A stretch of 64,000 nucleotides of DNA from Chiloscyllium plagiosum (taxonomy: Eukaryota), in NCBI RefSeq assembly GCF_004010195.1, contig NC_057718.1, positions 32,256,791 to 32,320,790 of the forward strand. Direction: 5' to 3'. Below are positions 1-10,700 of the stretch, one piece after another. A program made the position numbers and the translations under genes. Below the pieces are notes generated by a model. That model was not told the origin of the DNA. It did not search any database and saw nothing but the letters and a program-made list of their open reading frames with translations. Each line of letters starts with the position of its first letter. The stretch's first letter is position 1.

Positions 1-793
1 AGTTTGGTAGGAGGAATACTGAGAGAGAGTATGGACTAAATTGTACGATTTTAAAGGGTGTGCAGGGACAGTGAGTCCTGGGATGGCTGCTTGTACATAA
101 ATGTTTGAAGATGGTAGGACAGGTTGAGAAGGTTTTAAAATCATAAAAAAAACTCATCTCCTCACATAACTGAAGCTTTCCATCCTTTTATCGTTCTAAT
201 AAATCTTTTCAGCATTCATACATTCATTTCCTTGCTGGTCCTTGATTTAAGCAATAGAGGAGTAGATTATAAAAACAAGCAAGGTAAAATTCAAGAAAAT
301 ACTGGTTACACCCTAGAAAGAATTTCATGTTAGCATTTCAGAAAATATGTCAAGACACTCGAGAGAGTGCAGAAGAGATTTGTTAGCATTGTACTAGTGG
401 TGAAAGGCCTCAGTTATGTGAAGACACTGGATGAGGTAGATTTGTTCCAGTTAGCATTGGCTAGAGGAGTTGTTCAAAATAATGAAGGGTTCTGCTAGAA
501 TAACTAAGAAGAAACTGTTTCCATTGTGAAAAGGATTGATAAATAGACCATACAGCTTTAAGGATAATTGGCTAAAGAAGCACAATTGACATGAGGAAAC
601 ATTTTCGCACAGAGCAAGTTGTGATCGGGACTGCACTGGTCAGAATTGTATAACTCATAGAATGGTAAAAGTCTGCATGGCTATGGAGAAAGAACAAAGA
701 CCTGGGGCTGTTTGGAATACTCTACTGAAGAGCTGACATAAGCAGATGGGCTGAATGACCTTCTCGACCAGACCGTTGTCTGATTCTATGATT
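1..793 (+). mobile_element. Degraded CR1-type LINE 3' fragment
   Basis: Decayed RT C-terminal motifs (SNRGVDYKNK ~250-280, ERVQKRF ~361-381) and a ttctatgatt-type tail near 785-793. Confidence 0.7.
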
Positions 794-1685
794 TTAATTG
801 GGAAAAGCACGTACCATTAAAGAGAGAAATTTGGTGTAAGTATATTGACCTTAGCTGACAATAAACTTATACACCTTCACCTCTTATTATTTGTGCATAT
901 TTGTGTCAGAAGTAGGAAGTGATTACTCATTATCGCCTTCATTGAATTTTATTCATTGCCACTTCTAATTAACAGTGATTTAATCAGGGGGCTAGAGGAA
1001 AGAAGCAGCTGAATGAGGGGACATAATATGCAAACTATTACTTTGTGCTGTTGGGCCAGCAGGGTGCGGTTGTTGGGAGTGAATGAGATGGCCCACACAA
1101 AATAAAATCAGTGCCACCCTAGAATTAACCATTGTTTTCTTGATGTTGCAAGTGAGTTAACTGAATAGTTGATGCCATTGTACAGCTTTTGTTCATTTTC
1201 ACTGCAATTATATAAAGGTTTGTCCTTTGTAATCTCTACGTGTCATCTTTTCAGGTGATGCACTCAAGCGCGTCGTCATCTGGAGTGCACTCTGATTAGC
1301 CCCCACCTAATGGGTAGCTTTTGTTCTTCTGTAGGTGTCTACTCCCCTTAGGATTGCACCCACCTGTTCTAGTGGTTTCCATTGAGCACAACTTGAGAGT
1401 ACAGAAAACCAGAAAACCATCTTCCCAGTTTGTCCCTATAATGGATTTTTTTGAGAAGAGTTGTCACCTTCTGGAAAATAACACCAGTACCCAAAAGACA
1501 AAGATAAACGGGCTAGGAAATTTGACCAAAGCATATCTGAAGCTTTAACCCACTTTTCTTTGATCGGACACCAACTCAGCAACTGCGGATGCAGCAGTTT
1601 TAGTTTTCATAATAGGTTACAATAGTTGTGTTACCCTTTTGTCTCTCTTGTGCAATTTTCACAAGCACAATTTCAATTTTCAAGT

Positions 1686-1963
1686 TAAAAATAACCTGAA
1701 AGAACTGCAGATGCTGGAAATCAGAAACAAAGACAGAAACTGCTGGAGAAGCTGAGCATGTCGAACAGCATCTGTGGAGAGAAATCAGAGAGAAATCAGA
1801 GTTATCGTTGCAGATCCAGTGACCCTTCCTCTGAACTGGTTTTGAGACCCAGAACCCAATTTCTGAGGAAGAGTCACTAGACCCAAAATATTAACTTTGA
1901 TTTCTCTCCACAGATGCTGTCAGACCTGTGAACTTTTTCAGCAATTTCTGTTTCAGTTTTTTG
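1686..1963. mobile_element. PLE-derived fold-back element, older subfamily B, decayed hammerhead cores
   Basis: Inverted arms (cagcatctgtggagagaaatca / tgatttctctccacagatgctg); core remnant ctgagga-agagtc-acta-gaccc-aaaa at 1863-1888; direct repeat tttcaattttca(a/g)gt at 1671-1685 and 1964-1978. Confidence 0.75.
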
Positions 1964-3294
1964 TTTCAATTTTCAGGTGCCTCAATAGTTCCCACATTCC
2001 TACTGTCCACAATTTTTCTGGCAGCCAGCATTTGGAGGCCACTGAACACACATGGAAAATCAGCACAGCTTTCCAATCGATTGAAGCAGTCTATGGTCCA
2101 CAGAGATACTATTGCAAGTTGCTCAGTCATAACAGTTGCTCGCAATGTTGTCATGTGACTCTTTTGCTCATGATCCCTGTTGTTAAATGCATGTTTCATT
2201 GATGCATCCATTGTCATGAGTAAGCTGCAACTCAGCTGTTCACTTCGGGAGATCTGAGCAAATTCTAATCTAAGCAAACATTTGGCTTCAGAACTGAGCT
2301 CATGATATCAATATTCAGTAAACTGATCATTTCTATTTTCCAAAGTATGGGTTACTGACAAATTAATTTGCATTGTGCTGTTATTACTGAATAATAATTA
2401 AAAGTTATCTAATTTTGCATTTTTATTCAAACTTGTATTGAGCCGTTTGAGAGACATAAGAAAATGTAACGGAGGCATTCTGAAATTTGTACTCCCCAGC
2501 AATCAGTAATACCTGTAATTTTTATAGGACTGATCATGTTGGAATGAAATGTTAGCTTTCAGTACATCCTGAAATATAGGGAAATAAACCAAACGAGAGT
2601 TTCAGAAGCATGCTTCACAATGGAATTTAGACTATCCAAACTTCAACCAAAAATGAACATCTCCAATCAGTACTCATATTTTGTTTTGATTGCTTCTGAA
2701 TTCTCCACTGTCAAAACTGACTTTGGTGTTCTTTATAGTCTCTACCCACCCCCACTCCCAGTTCAACTGGTGGAATTCTGGGTGTGTTTCAAGCTTAAGT
2801 TATGAACAATCTGTGTTTTGGTGCACTTTCAATGGAATTAATTATTGCAACAGAATTTTGGAGGGATTTTTAATAGCAATCTGTATTGACCTATTAAGGC
2901 GACAGTCAAAACCTATAAAACATTATATAAAGAATAACGTTTGTTTTGGAATAATCACAAAGCAAAAATCTAGTGGTGTGCTTTATGTAACATGCATTAA
3001 AATAGTTACTATCTGCTAATGCAACTTTGAGATTAGATTACTGTCTTGAAATCACATCAGGGTGTCATTAGCACATTGAATACAGTTACCGGGCTGGTTT
3101 TCTCATGCAGCTGTTGATGAGTGTAATTCCTGATACACTTCATGCTATTAGTGAGTAAGGATTAAAGACTTTCGTCATTACTGCAAGCCTCATCAAAAAC
3201 TGATTTGCAGCATATTACTGGAGCAACTGTGACAAATAGAAATGATATATTGTTAAAAATGTACAAGCTTGATAGTACAATAAACCAACATTGT

Positions 3295-3565
3295 ATAAGA
3301 CTGTAAGACATAGGAACAGAAATTAGACCACTCAGCACATCAGGTCTGCTCCACCATTCAATCATGGCTGACAAGTTTCTCAACCCCATTCTCCCGCTTT
3401 TCCCCTGTAACCCTTGATCCCCTTGACAATCAAGAACCTATTTACCTCCATCTTAAATATACTCAATGAACTGGCCTCCACAGCCTTCTGGGCAGTGAAT
3501 TCCACTGATTCACCATTCTCTAGCTGAAGAAGTTTCTCCTTATCTCCATTCTAAAAGGTCTTCCA
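3295..3565 (-). mobile_element. CR1-type LINE 3' end
   Basis: ataagac...gacataggaacagaa...ccattcaatcatggctga tail, shared with copies at ~9440, ~51200 and ~62485. Confidence 0.75.
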
Positions 3566-4664
3566 AAGTTCCATATGGGTCTGAATTGAATGAGTGTTTG
3601 AAATGAGAGGTAGGGGATGAGCAGCTTTTGGGATTAGAAAAGACGATCAAGCCCACAGTGTTCTGATAGATCAACTAAACTCCCATCCATCTCTCAGTCT
3701 TTTATTTGTCCAGAACAAACAATTCAATTGAAAAGCTTTGAAGTTCTTCATGACCTTGATGTTTCTTTATTCCATAACTCCTTTATTCCTTGTGTCAGAA
3801 TCCCATGACTGAAAAGAATCGGAGTTCATGTACTAGTGCTTTTTTCAATCATGTCATTTGAAACATATAAACTTGAAAAATCCTATTGTAAGCCCTGTGC
3901 TTCAAGTACTCTGAAACTGAAAATGAAAAGAAAATGGAAGGTCACTAGGTTTGCAATGTTTAGTTGATACCAAACTTGTATTTTAAATTAACCCAAAGCA
4001 ATGAATGGATAGAAAATGTTCCCAAGGTGCAACATTATTTAGATTTCAAACATTGGAAAGAAAGAACAGAAAAGGTGAAGGGAGAGAGGCTGAATGTAGC
4101 ATATTTCACAACTTGTCATGGCAGCTAGATAATGAGGACATTTACACTGATTAATAATTGTAGTGAAAACATAAACATTGCTGTTGAGATGTCATGAACA
4201 GTTTGCGACCAGAGAAAGTCTCCTTCCTGTTCTGTTCTGATCTAACGACTCGTGTTGAATTTTAAAGACTGCTGATATGAGCTTTAATTCTCCACTCGTT
4301 CTCCCATTTGTAATCATGAGAGCACTGACTGTGAGTTTAATTCTGAAGTTATTGTTGGAGCTTGTGCAAATCCCTTTATATTTGTCCATCAGACAGTCCA
4401 TTTATATTATTGATTATTTTCTCATTATTTATCTCAGTACTTTACATGAACATTTCTGATTTTTCTTGACAACAATGTCAAGGCTTGTTTCTTGACAGCA
4501 AACAAGCCTTCAAATATCAATTTGCAGAAAGCCTTTGAATAGTTAGGAGTTGACAAATGATTGAAGGTGATGCATTGTATAAAAGTTTGAATACATGTAA
4601 AAATATTTATAAGAACAGCTTCTTCTCTGCTGTTATCGGAATTTTGAACTGACCTCTCAAATGT

Positions 4665-4832
4665 TAATTCTGATCTCTCTCTCCCTGCACTTTCTCTGTG
4701 GCTGTAACACTGTATTCTACACTCTCTTCTGCTATCCTGATGCACTTTCTATGGTACAATCTGCCTGTATAGCATGCAGAACAATACGTTTCAATGTATA
4801 TAGTACATGTGGTATCAATCAATCAACCAATC
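4665..4832 (+). mobile_element. Rex1/Babar-like LINE 3' tail
   Basis: gctgtaacactgtattct...atctgcctgtatagcatgcagaacaat...(aatc)n; resembles the reverse complement of 32385-32520. Confidence 0.55.
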
Positions 4833-4864
4833 AGCATATAATGGAGGTGATAAGTGTCTCATTT

Positions 4865-5027
4865 AGGCGAAAGTGAGGACTACAGATGCAGGAGATTACA
4901 GTCAAGATTAGGGTGGTGCTGGAAAAGCACAGCAGGTCAGGAAAGGGCTCCTGCCTGAAATGTTGACTTTCCTGCTCCTCGGATGCTGCTTGACCTGCTG
5001 TGCTTTTCCAGCACTAATCTTGACTGG
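4865..5027. mobile_element. PLE-derived fold-back element with central deletion
   Basis: gtcaagattag...gtgctggaaaagcacagcaggtca / tgacctgctgtgcttttccagcactaatcttgac; TSD GTGTCTCATTT at 4854-4864 and 5028-5038. Confidence 0.8.
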
Positions 5028-6214
5028 GTGTCTCATTTGCCAAATGAAAAATTGGCAAGAACTCATGTTGCCTCTCTTTGGGCAAACCAACTGAATTGAG
5101 TGCCACTTAGCTGCATGAAAAAGATAGATATGAAAAGCTAAAGGGGACAGAAGACCCGCCTGCCAAGAGCTGCCAGTTCCCCCGAACCCCAGAGCACAAA
5201 TGAACAGCACTACTGTCTGAGGGGTGGTGCCTGCTGCTGGTATGACACTTATCTGCGGATTATGGCCATCACTGGATGGCAGGTTTCGAAATGGTGGGGA
5301 GGGAGATCAGTAGTGAGGGCAGCACAGTGGCTCTCTGTGGCTTCCCCCCTTTCCTAATCTCTCCATCAAGCGCAGAGTGCATTTCAACAAAGGACCCTCC
5401 CCCGGCTGAGCCCCAGCACAGCGAGATCCCATCTGTCTAGGTTAATGTAGGCGGTGAGTGGATGGTTAGTAGTGGAATGGTAAAGCTGTCCATCGGACCT
5501 CCCATTACATACTCCATCAAAGAGGTAGGAATGCGGTTGAAGCCTTGCCTGACACCTTCCCACATGATTAAATATCTCCCCCACCACCCAATTTGCCAGA
5601 GCGGAGGGGTGACATTATAAAACACCCATAAAAGTTTACTTAATCTTTGGAAACTTTTGATTATTGATTTAATAATATCGATGATTGAAATCAGTATCAA
5701 TCTCGCCATTAATAAATTAAAGCTAAATAAAATCTAATTATATTGCAACCAACTCGAGACTACAGTGGGGAGAAGTTAAACAGCAATCAACGATTTGCTG
5801 TTAAACAGTTTGACAGGGGTTTTTGATAAACCAGCTAATTCCACAATTTCAACTGAATTGGATGAGATGAAACATACCAAGCCACTGAAATTATTACATG
5901 ACCCAGCTATTTTTCACATTGTTGTGATGGTGGTGATGAGGTTAATATGCACTGTAAGTTGTATTAACTTCGTGTAAGTACAATAATGATTTTCAAGAAC
6001 AAAGTAATCTTCATCATAAGAATGTTTTTGTGTTTATCAATATATTATCTTCATATATTGTTTAGCTTACTGATTTTTTTTGAAGTTTCAAACAACTAAA
6101 ATAATTTACCTCAAAATATTGGTTGAAATGAAGGCAAAATTTTTACTTAAGGTCACTTTACAAGGAGCTACAACCCTAATAGACCAGTTATACTATGCAT
6201 TCCGCATTGACCTA

Positions 6215-6420
6215 AACTCCAAACATATGCAGGTTAGGTGGTTGGCCATGCCAAATTAACCTGAAGGCGGTAAGATGCAGGCTTGGTGGATTATCCATGG
6301 TAAATGCTGGGTCACGGGGATAATGCAAGGGGGTGAGTCTGATTAGGAGGCTCCTTGGAGAGTCAGTGTGAATACAATGGGCCTAATGGCCTCTATTTGC
6401 ACTGTCGGGATTCTATGATT
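6215..6420 (+). mobile_element. HE1-type SINE, degraded 3' half
   Basis: ccaaacatatgcaggttaggtg...ggccatg...gggattctatga matches the 3' half of the full copies (e.g. 27081-27423). Confidence 0.7.
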
Positions 6421-6635
6421 TTGGCTTCACATAACGACAAATTGCTTCATTTATGTGTCAGTCTACATAGATGATTTTGAGGTAAAGGTTGAGACTACCT
6501 CCGGAAAGTGGCTTCATAGCACTTCAACTTCACCCCATTGGCCATAATACCCCTGGGAATTGTTCATTGGTAGAATAAAATGTCCAACTATTTGCTTGCC
6601 AATGAACATATTTACATTTGCATACATTCTGATTT

Positions 6636-6855
6636 GAAAATGTGTTGCTGGAAAAGCGCAGCAGGTCAGGCAGCATCCAAGGAACAGGAGAATCGACGTT
6701 TCGGGCATAAGCCCTTCTTCAGGATTCCTGAAGAAGGGCTTTTGCCCGAAACATCGATTCTCCTGTTCCTTGGATGCTGCCTGACCTGCTGCGCTTTTCC
6801 AGCAACACATTTTCAGCTCTGATCTCCCGCATCTGGCGTCCTCACTTTCTCCTCC
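6636..6855. mobile_element. Young PLE-derived fold-back element (subfamily A) with back-to-back hammerhead cores
   Basis: Palindrome 6635-6815 with 90-bp arms, 2 mismatches, centre at 6725; unpaired tail ending ctcactttctcct; TSD TACATTCTGATTT at 6623-6635 and 6856-6868. Confidence 0.92.
6690..6727 (-). ncRNA. Minimal (PLE-type) hammerhead ribozyme motif
   Basis: Minus strand reads GAAUC-CUGAAGA-A-GGGC-UUAU-GCCC-GAAA-CGUC-GAUUC: conserved core, stem II, palindromic ACGU in place of stem III, GUC cleavage triplet, 5-bp helix I (GAAUC/GAUUC). Activity not shown. Confidence 0.7.
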
Positions 6856-6884
6856 TACATTCTGATTTCCCTACCCAGAGAGGG

Positions 6885-6907
6885 GAGAGAGAGAGAGAGA
6901 GAGAGAG
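6885..6907. repeat. (GA)n microsatellite
   Basis: Direct observation. Confidence 0.95.
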
Positions 6908-8224
6908 CTGTGGATAGTTATATAACTGATTTGCTGACTCACATTACTTTGGACAGGTACTGCTGTCAAATCTATGTCTTAAGAATACTATAAAGGCTGA
7001 TACATTTATGACTTTGTATGCTGTTACTTCAGCCACCTCATGGTTTTAATTTTTCTTTTTGTTTGTAAATTAACTTGTTCAGAGATGTTAATGAGCTCTG
7101 GAGCAGTTGGGAACTGAACCTGGACCTCCTGGCTCAGGGGTATGGACAGTACCACGGCGCCACAAGCGCCTTTCGGTTTAAACTTTTGTATGAAATTGGA
7201 AAATGCCGCACACCATCTGTTACCCATGTGTGTTTGTGGCAGTGAGACACAGACCAAATTTAATCAGTCCACTGAGTTGCACGCATCCAATCCAGGGGGA
7301 AAGTATTTAACGCAGGGGAAATGGTGGTAGCACAGGCCATCAGGCAGAGGGCTGTAATTTGGAGAAACATTCCTGCTCCTCTTGGAGCCACAGAATAAAA
7401 AAGTGAAAGCAGTTTTAGACTGTGTCTGGAGAGCTCTCGGCCTGATGTGTATCAGATGGTCCTAATTTGCATATTAAAGGTGTTTGTCACTTCAAGTGAG
7501 CAGGTATTTTCATTGACCATTTTAAAGGCACTTATATGGCAGCAACTCGATGGCATGCCAGCCATAACAGATTGCTGGATGGCTGTACTGTCAGAAAGCT
7601 ACCTTCTGTTTCCTAAAGACACCTACTGTTAAAAAAAAACCCACCTCATAACACTTAAGACATTCAGTTTACAAAAAATTATGTGAATTTAAAAACTGCA
7701 TACACTGGTGGGATAGATTCTTGACGAGAGCATAGTGATGACTCATCATGCCTTTGGAAAACAACTTGTTAAGTCTAAGATGGACTGTGCTGTGTAGCAT
7801 GTTTCCTTCTATACCCGACAGAGAAATTATAATCAGTTGTCTATGGAAACATTGTGAATCAGAGGTCTTCATTCAGGATGTTTACAATAAGACTTTTTAT
7901 ACTTGGGGTCTATATACTTAGGTTTTTGACATTGACTATGCCGATGATTGTGCACCCTTGTGAGCTTCAGCAACTCTGCATAGCTCACTAACAGTCACGT
8001 GCACATCCAGCCATCTCCTGTCAAAACCCATCACCAACCTTGACTAATATAATTCAAATCATGCAATGTTGTCACTTGGACCTCTACAGTTTAATGATGA
8101 ATTTATACATTTCTTTTTAACAATGTTTACTTCACTACGGAGCAGACATTCTTACTTCCAAACTTTGATTTTTGTGTGGACAAAAACATATAAAATAGGG
8201 TGTGGTTCTGTTGAGGAAGAAAGG

Positions 8225-8890
8225 AGGAGCTTGTATTTACATAGTGCTGATCATCATCCCAGCATGTCCTGAAGCAGTTCAAAACCAATATATATATAGA
8301 AAAATTAAAGTTTGATCACTACTGTGGTGTAGAAAATGGGACACGTTATGTCCTGCTAACAGTTTAAAATACAGGACCAGATCACCATTTTCTGGTGATG
8401 TTGATGAAGGAATAAATAGCTGAAAATGTGTTGCTGGAAAAGCACAGCAGGTCAGGCAGCATCCAAGGAACAGGAGAATTGACGTTTCAGGCATGAGCCC
8501 TTCTTCAGGAATGGCTGAAGAAGGGCTCATGCCCGAAACGTCGATTCTCCAGCTCCTTGGATGCTGCCTGACCTGCTGCGCTTTTCTAGCAACACATTTT
8601 CAGCTTTGATCTCCAGCATCTGCAGTCCTCACTTTCTCCTAGAAGGAATAAATAGGGAAAGCACCCCACAGGGATAACACCCTCACTCTTTTTCAAATCG
8701 TGGGGATGTTTATATGTACTTGAGACGGCAAATGATAAGTCTATCCCAAAGACAGCTCCTCTGCACAGTTCCGCATTCATTGTTCCGTTGGAGTGTCAGT
8801 CTGCATTAGATGTTGCAGTCTCTGGAGCAGGGTTTGAATCAACATATTTCTGATTCCGAATTGTGAGTACTATCTTCAAAACAAGGCTGA
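8225..8890 (-). mobile_element. Old tRNA-derived SINE, probably Deu-domain (SacSINE1/AmnSINE-like), interrupted by the fold-back element at 8420-8641
   Basis: cttgtatttacatagtgc tail; ggagtgtcagtctg...ctctggagcagggtttgaatc (reverse B-box-like); related remnants at ~10790-11010 and ~35780-36340. Family name from recall. Confidence 0.5.
8420..8641. mobile_element. Young PLE-derived fold-back element (subfamily A)
   Basis: Palindromic arms; intact plus-strand core CTGAAGA-A-GGGC-TCAT-GCCC-GAAA-CGTC at 8515-8542; TSD GAAGGAATAAATAG at 8406-8419 and 8642-8655. Confidence 0.92.
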
Positions 8891-9439
8891 TACCGCTCTG
8901 TAGAACTTTATTTTGTCATTAAGGCATTCCAAATTTCTTAGCATGTAATAACAGTTTTTGAAGTGTACTTAGTTTTGTTATTTAATACCATGCAAAAATT
9001 GTTTTAGTGTCATATTAAAATTTAATGGTTTGAGTGCAGGTTTTCCGGTTGTGTATTATTATGTACCTCCTAACAGCAACACTGATACGAAGCAGTAATG
9101 GAAATTTGTTCTCCATCTCTTTTCATGAAAACATTTGTGAAGACTAATCATGAAAAATAAATTGCTGACCTGGACCTCCAACAGTGCTTGTGAATATGAA
9201 ATAATATAAGCTGATGGAAATCCAAGAATGGCATGATAATCAAAGCTTAAATCTATTATGATTTTAAGTGTCATACGTCAGCGGTGTTTCTGCTTTCGAA
9301 TACCTTGCCTAGAATTTACTCATTGTTACTCTGGTATTATCTTGCTTTTCATCTTCACTGCCCTCTCTCCTCAGATTCTCTCCTCTTAGCTTCTATGACT
9401 TGCCAATCCAGCCTCTGTTCCAGGTCCCTTCCAGCTTAA

Positions 9440-10380
9440 TAAGACCATAAGAAATAGGAACAGGAGTATGCTGGTCAACCCTTCGGGCGTGCTCAGTCAT
9501 TCAGCAGCATCATAGCTGATCCGACATTCCTTATGTCCACTTTCCTGCCCTTTCCCCATAATCCTCGATTCCACTACTATCAAGAATCTATCTCAGCTTT
9601 AAGTATACATAAACACTCTTCCCCCACAGCTCTCTATGGAAAGAAGTTCCACAGACTCAGAACCCTCTGGGAGACAAATTCCTCCTTATTTCAGTCTTAA
9701 ATGGGTGCCTCTTTATTCTGAGACTATACCCTCTGGTCCTAGATTGCCCCATGAGGGGAAACATTCTGTCAGCATTTACTCTGTCAAGCCCCTTAAGAAT
9801 TCGATATGTGTTAATGAGAGCACTCCTCATTCTTCTACACTCCAGTGAGTAGAGTCCTAACGTGTTCAGCCTTTGCCAATAGGATTATTCCTCTATAGCA
9901 GGGATCTTCCTCTGAACTGTCTGCAATGAAATGATATCTTTCCTTAGGTAAGGGGACCAAAACTGCTTACAGTACACCAGATGTAGCCTCACCAGCACTT
10001 GTAGAGTTGCAGTAAGATTTCCCTATTTTTATACTCCAAAGCCTGGAAATAATGGCCAACATTTCATTCACCTTCCTGATTACCTCCTGTACCTGTGGGC
10101 TGGCTTTCTATGTTTCATGCACAAGGACCTCCCCATTTCCTTTGAGTTGAGCTTTCTGCAGTTTTTCTACATTTAAGTAGTATTCTGTTCTTTTGTTCTC
10201 CCTTGGAAAATGAACAACTTTGTATTTTCCCACATTATACTCCATTTGACAACTTTCTGTCCACTTACTTTACCTGTCTACATATCTGTAACCTGTTTGA
10301 ATCCTTCTCATAACCTGTATTTCCACCTATTTTTGTGTTATCTACAGTACCTTCAGTTCCTTCCTCCAAGTCATCAATAT
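9440..10380 (-). mobile_element. CR1-type LINE 3' ~0.9 kb, degraded
   Basis: CR1 tail at 9440; minus ORF 10265..10501 ends YIDDLEEGTEGTVDNTKIGG (decayed INDL...FADDTKIGG region). Confidence 0.85.
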
Positions 10381-10384
10381 ATAG

Positions 10385-10700
10385 TAGAGGGGAGTAGGAT
10401 GGCATAGAGGGTATGAGGGGACATGGAGATTGGTAGAGGTGCATAGGGGCATGGAAGGGAAATGGGAAATATGTGGTGGGGTGGTGATGGGGCATGTGCA
10501 ATGAGAGCTGGAGGCTGTTTTTTGCCTACACCTGATCTGCCTCTCCATCTTTGAGCCTCCATACTGTTTCCCAATCACTAACCATGACTGAAAATAAATC
10601 AGCCCCCAGCCCCGGGGGGTGAAAATCCAAAGTTCCAGGCCATTTTTACCTAGGTTGGATTTGTGGAGCCAGAAATTGTCCCCACCCCATTCTCCCGACT
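10385..10700. mobile_element. Putative non-autonomous DNA transposon fragment, related in opposite orientation to 46190-46980
   Basis: Reverse complement of 10630-10680 (atttctggctccacaaatccaacctaggtaaaaatggcc) resembles 46235-46280 (atttcctggcactgcaaacctgagctgggtaaaactgccc); both have ggcat/atgcc low-complexity tracts. Confidence 0.4.

Noticed and set aside
1255..1295. Possible C/D-box snoRNA (GTGATGC...CTGA)
   Set aside because: Imperfect C box, only 41 nt, no convincing terminal stem
6514..6822. Near-identical peptides (MCCWKSAAGQAASKEQENR...) on both strands, repeated at 8279, 12701 and 12920
   Set aside because: A by-product of the DNA palindrome and its copies; no evidence of coding
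6636..6855. Fold-back elements as classical DNA-transposon MITEs or CRISPR-like repeats
   Set aside because: Arms are unequal, TSDs are long and variable, the sequence is homologous to a PLE terminus, and copies are dispersed without spacers
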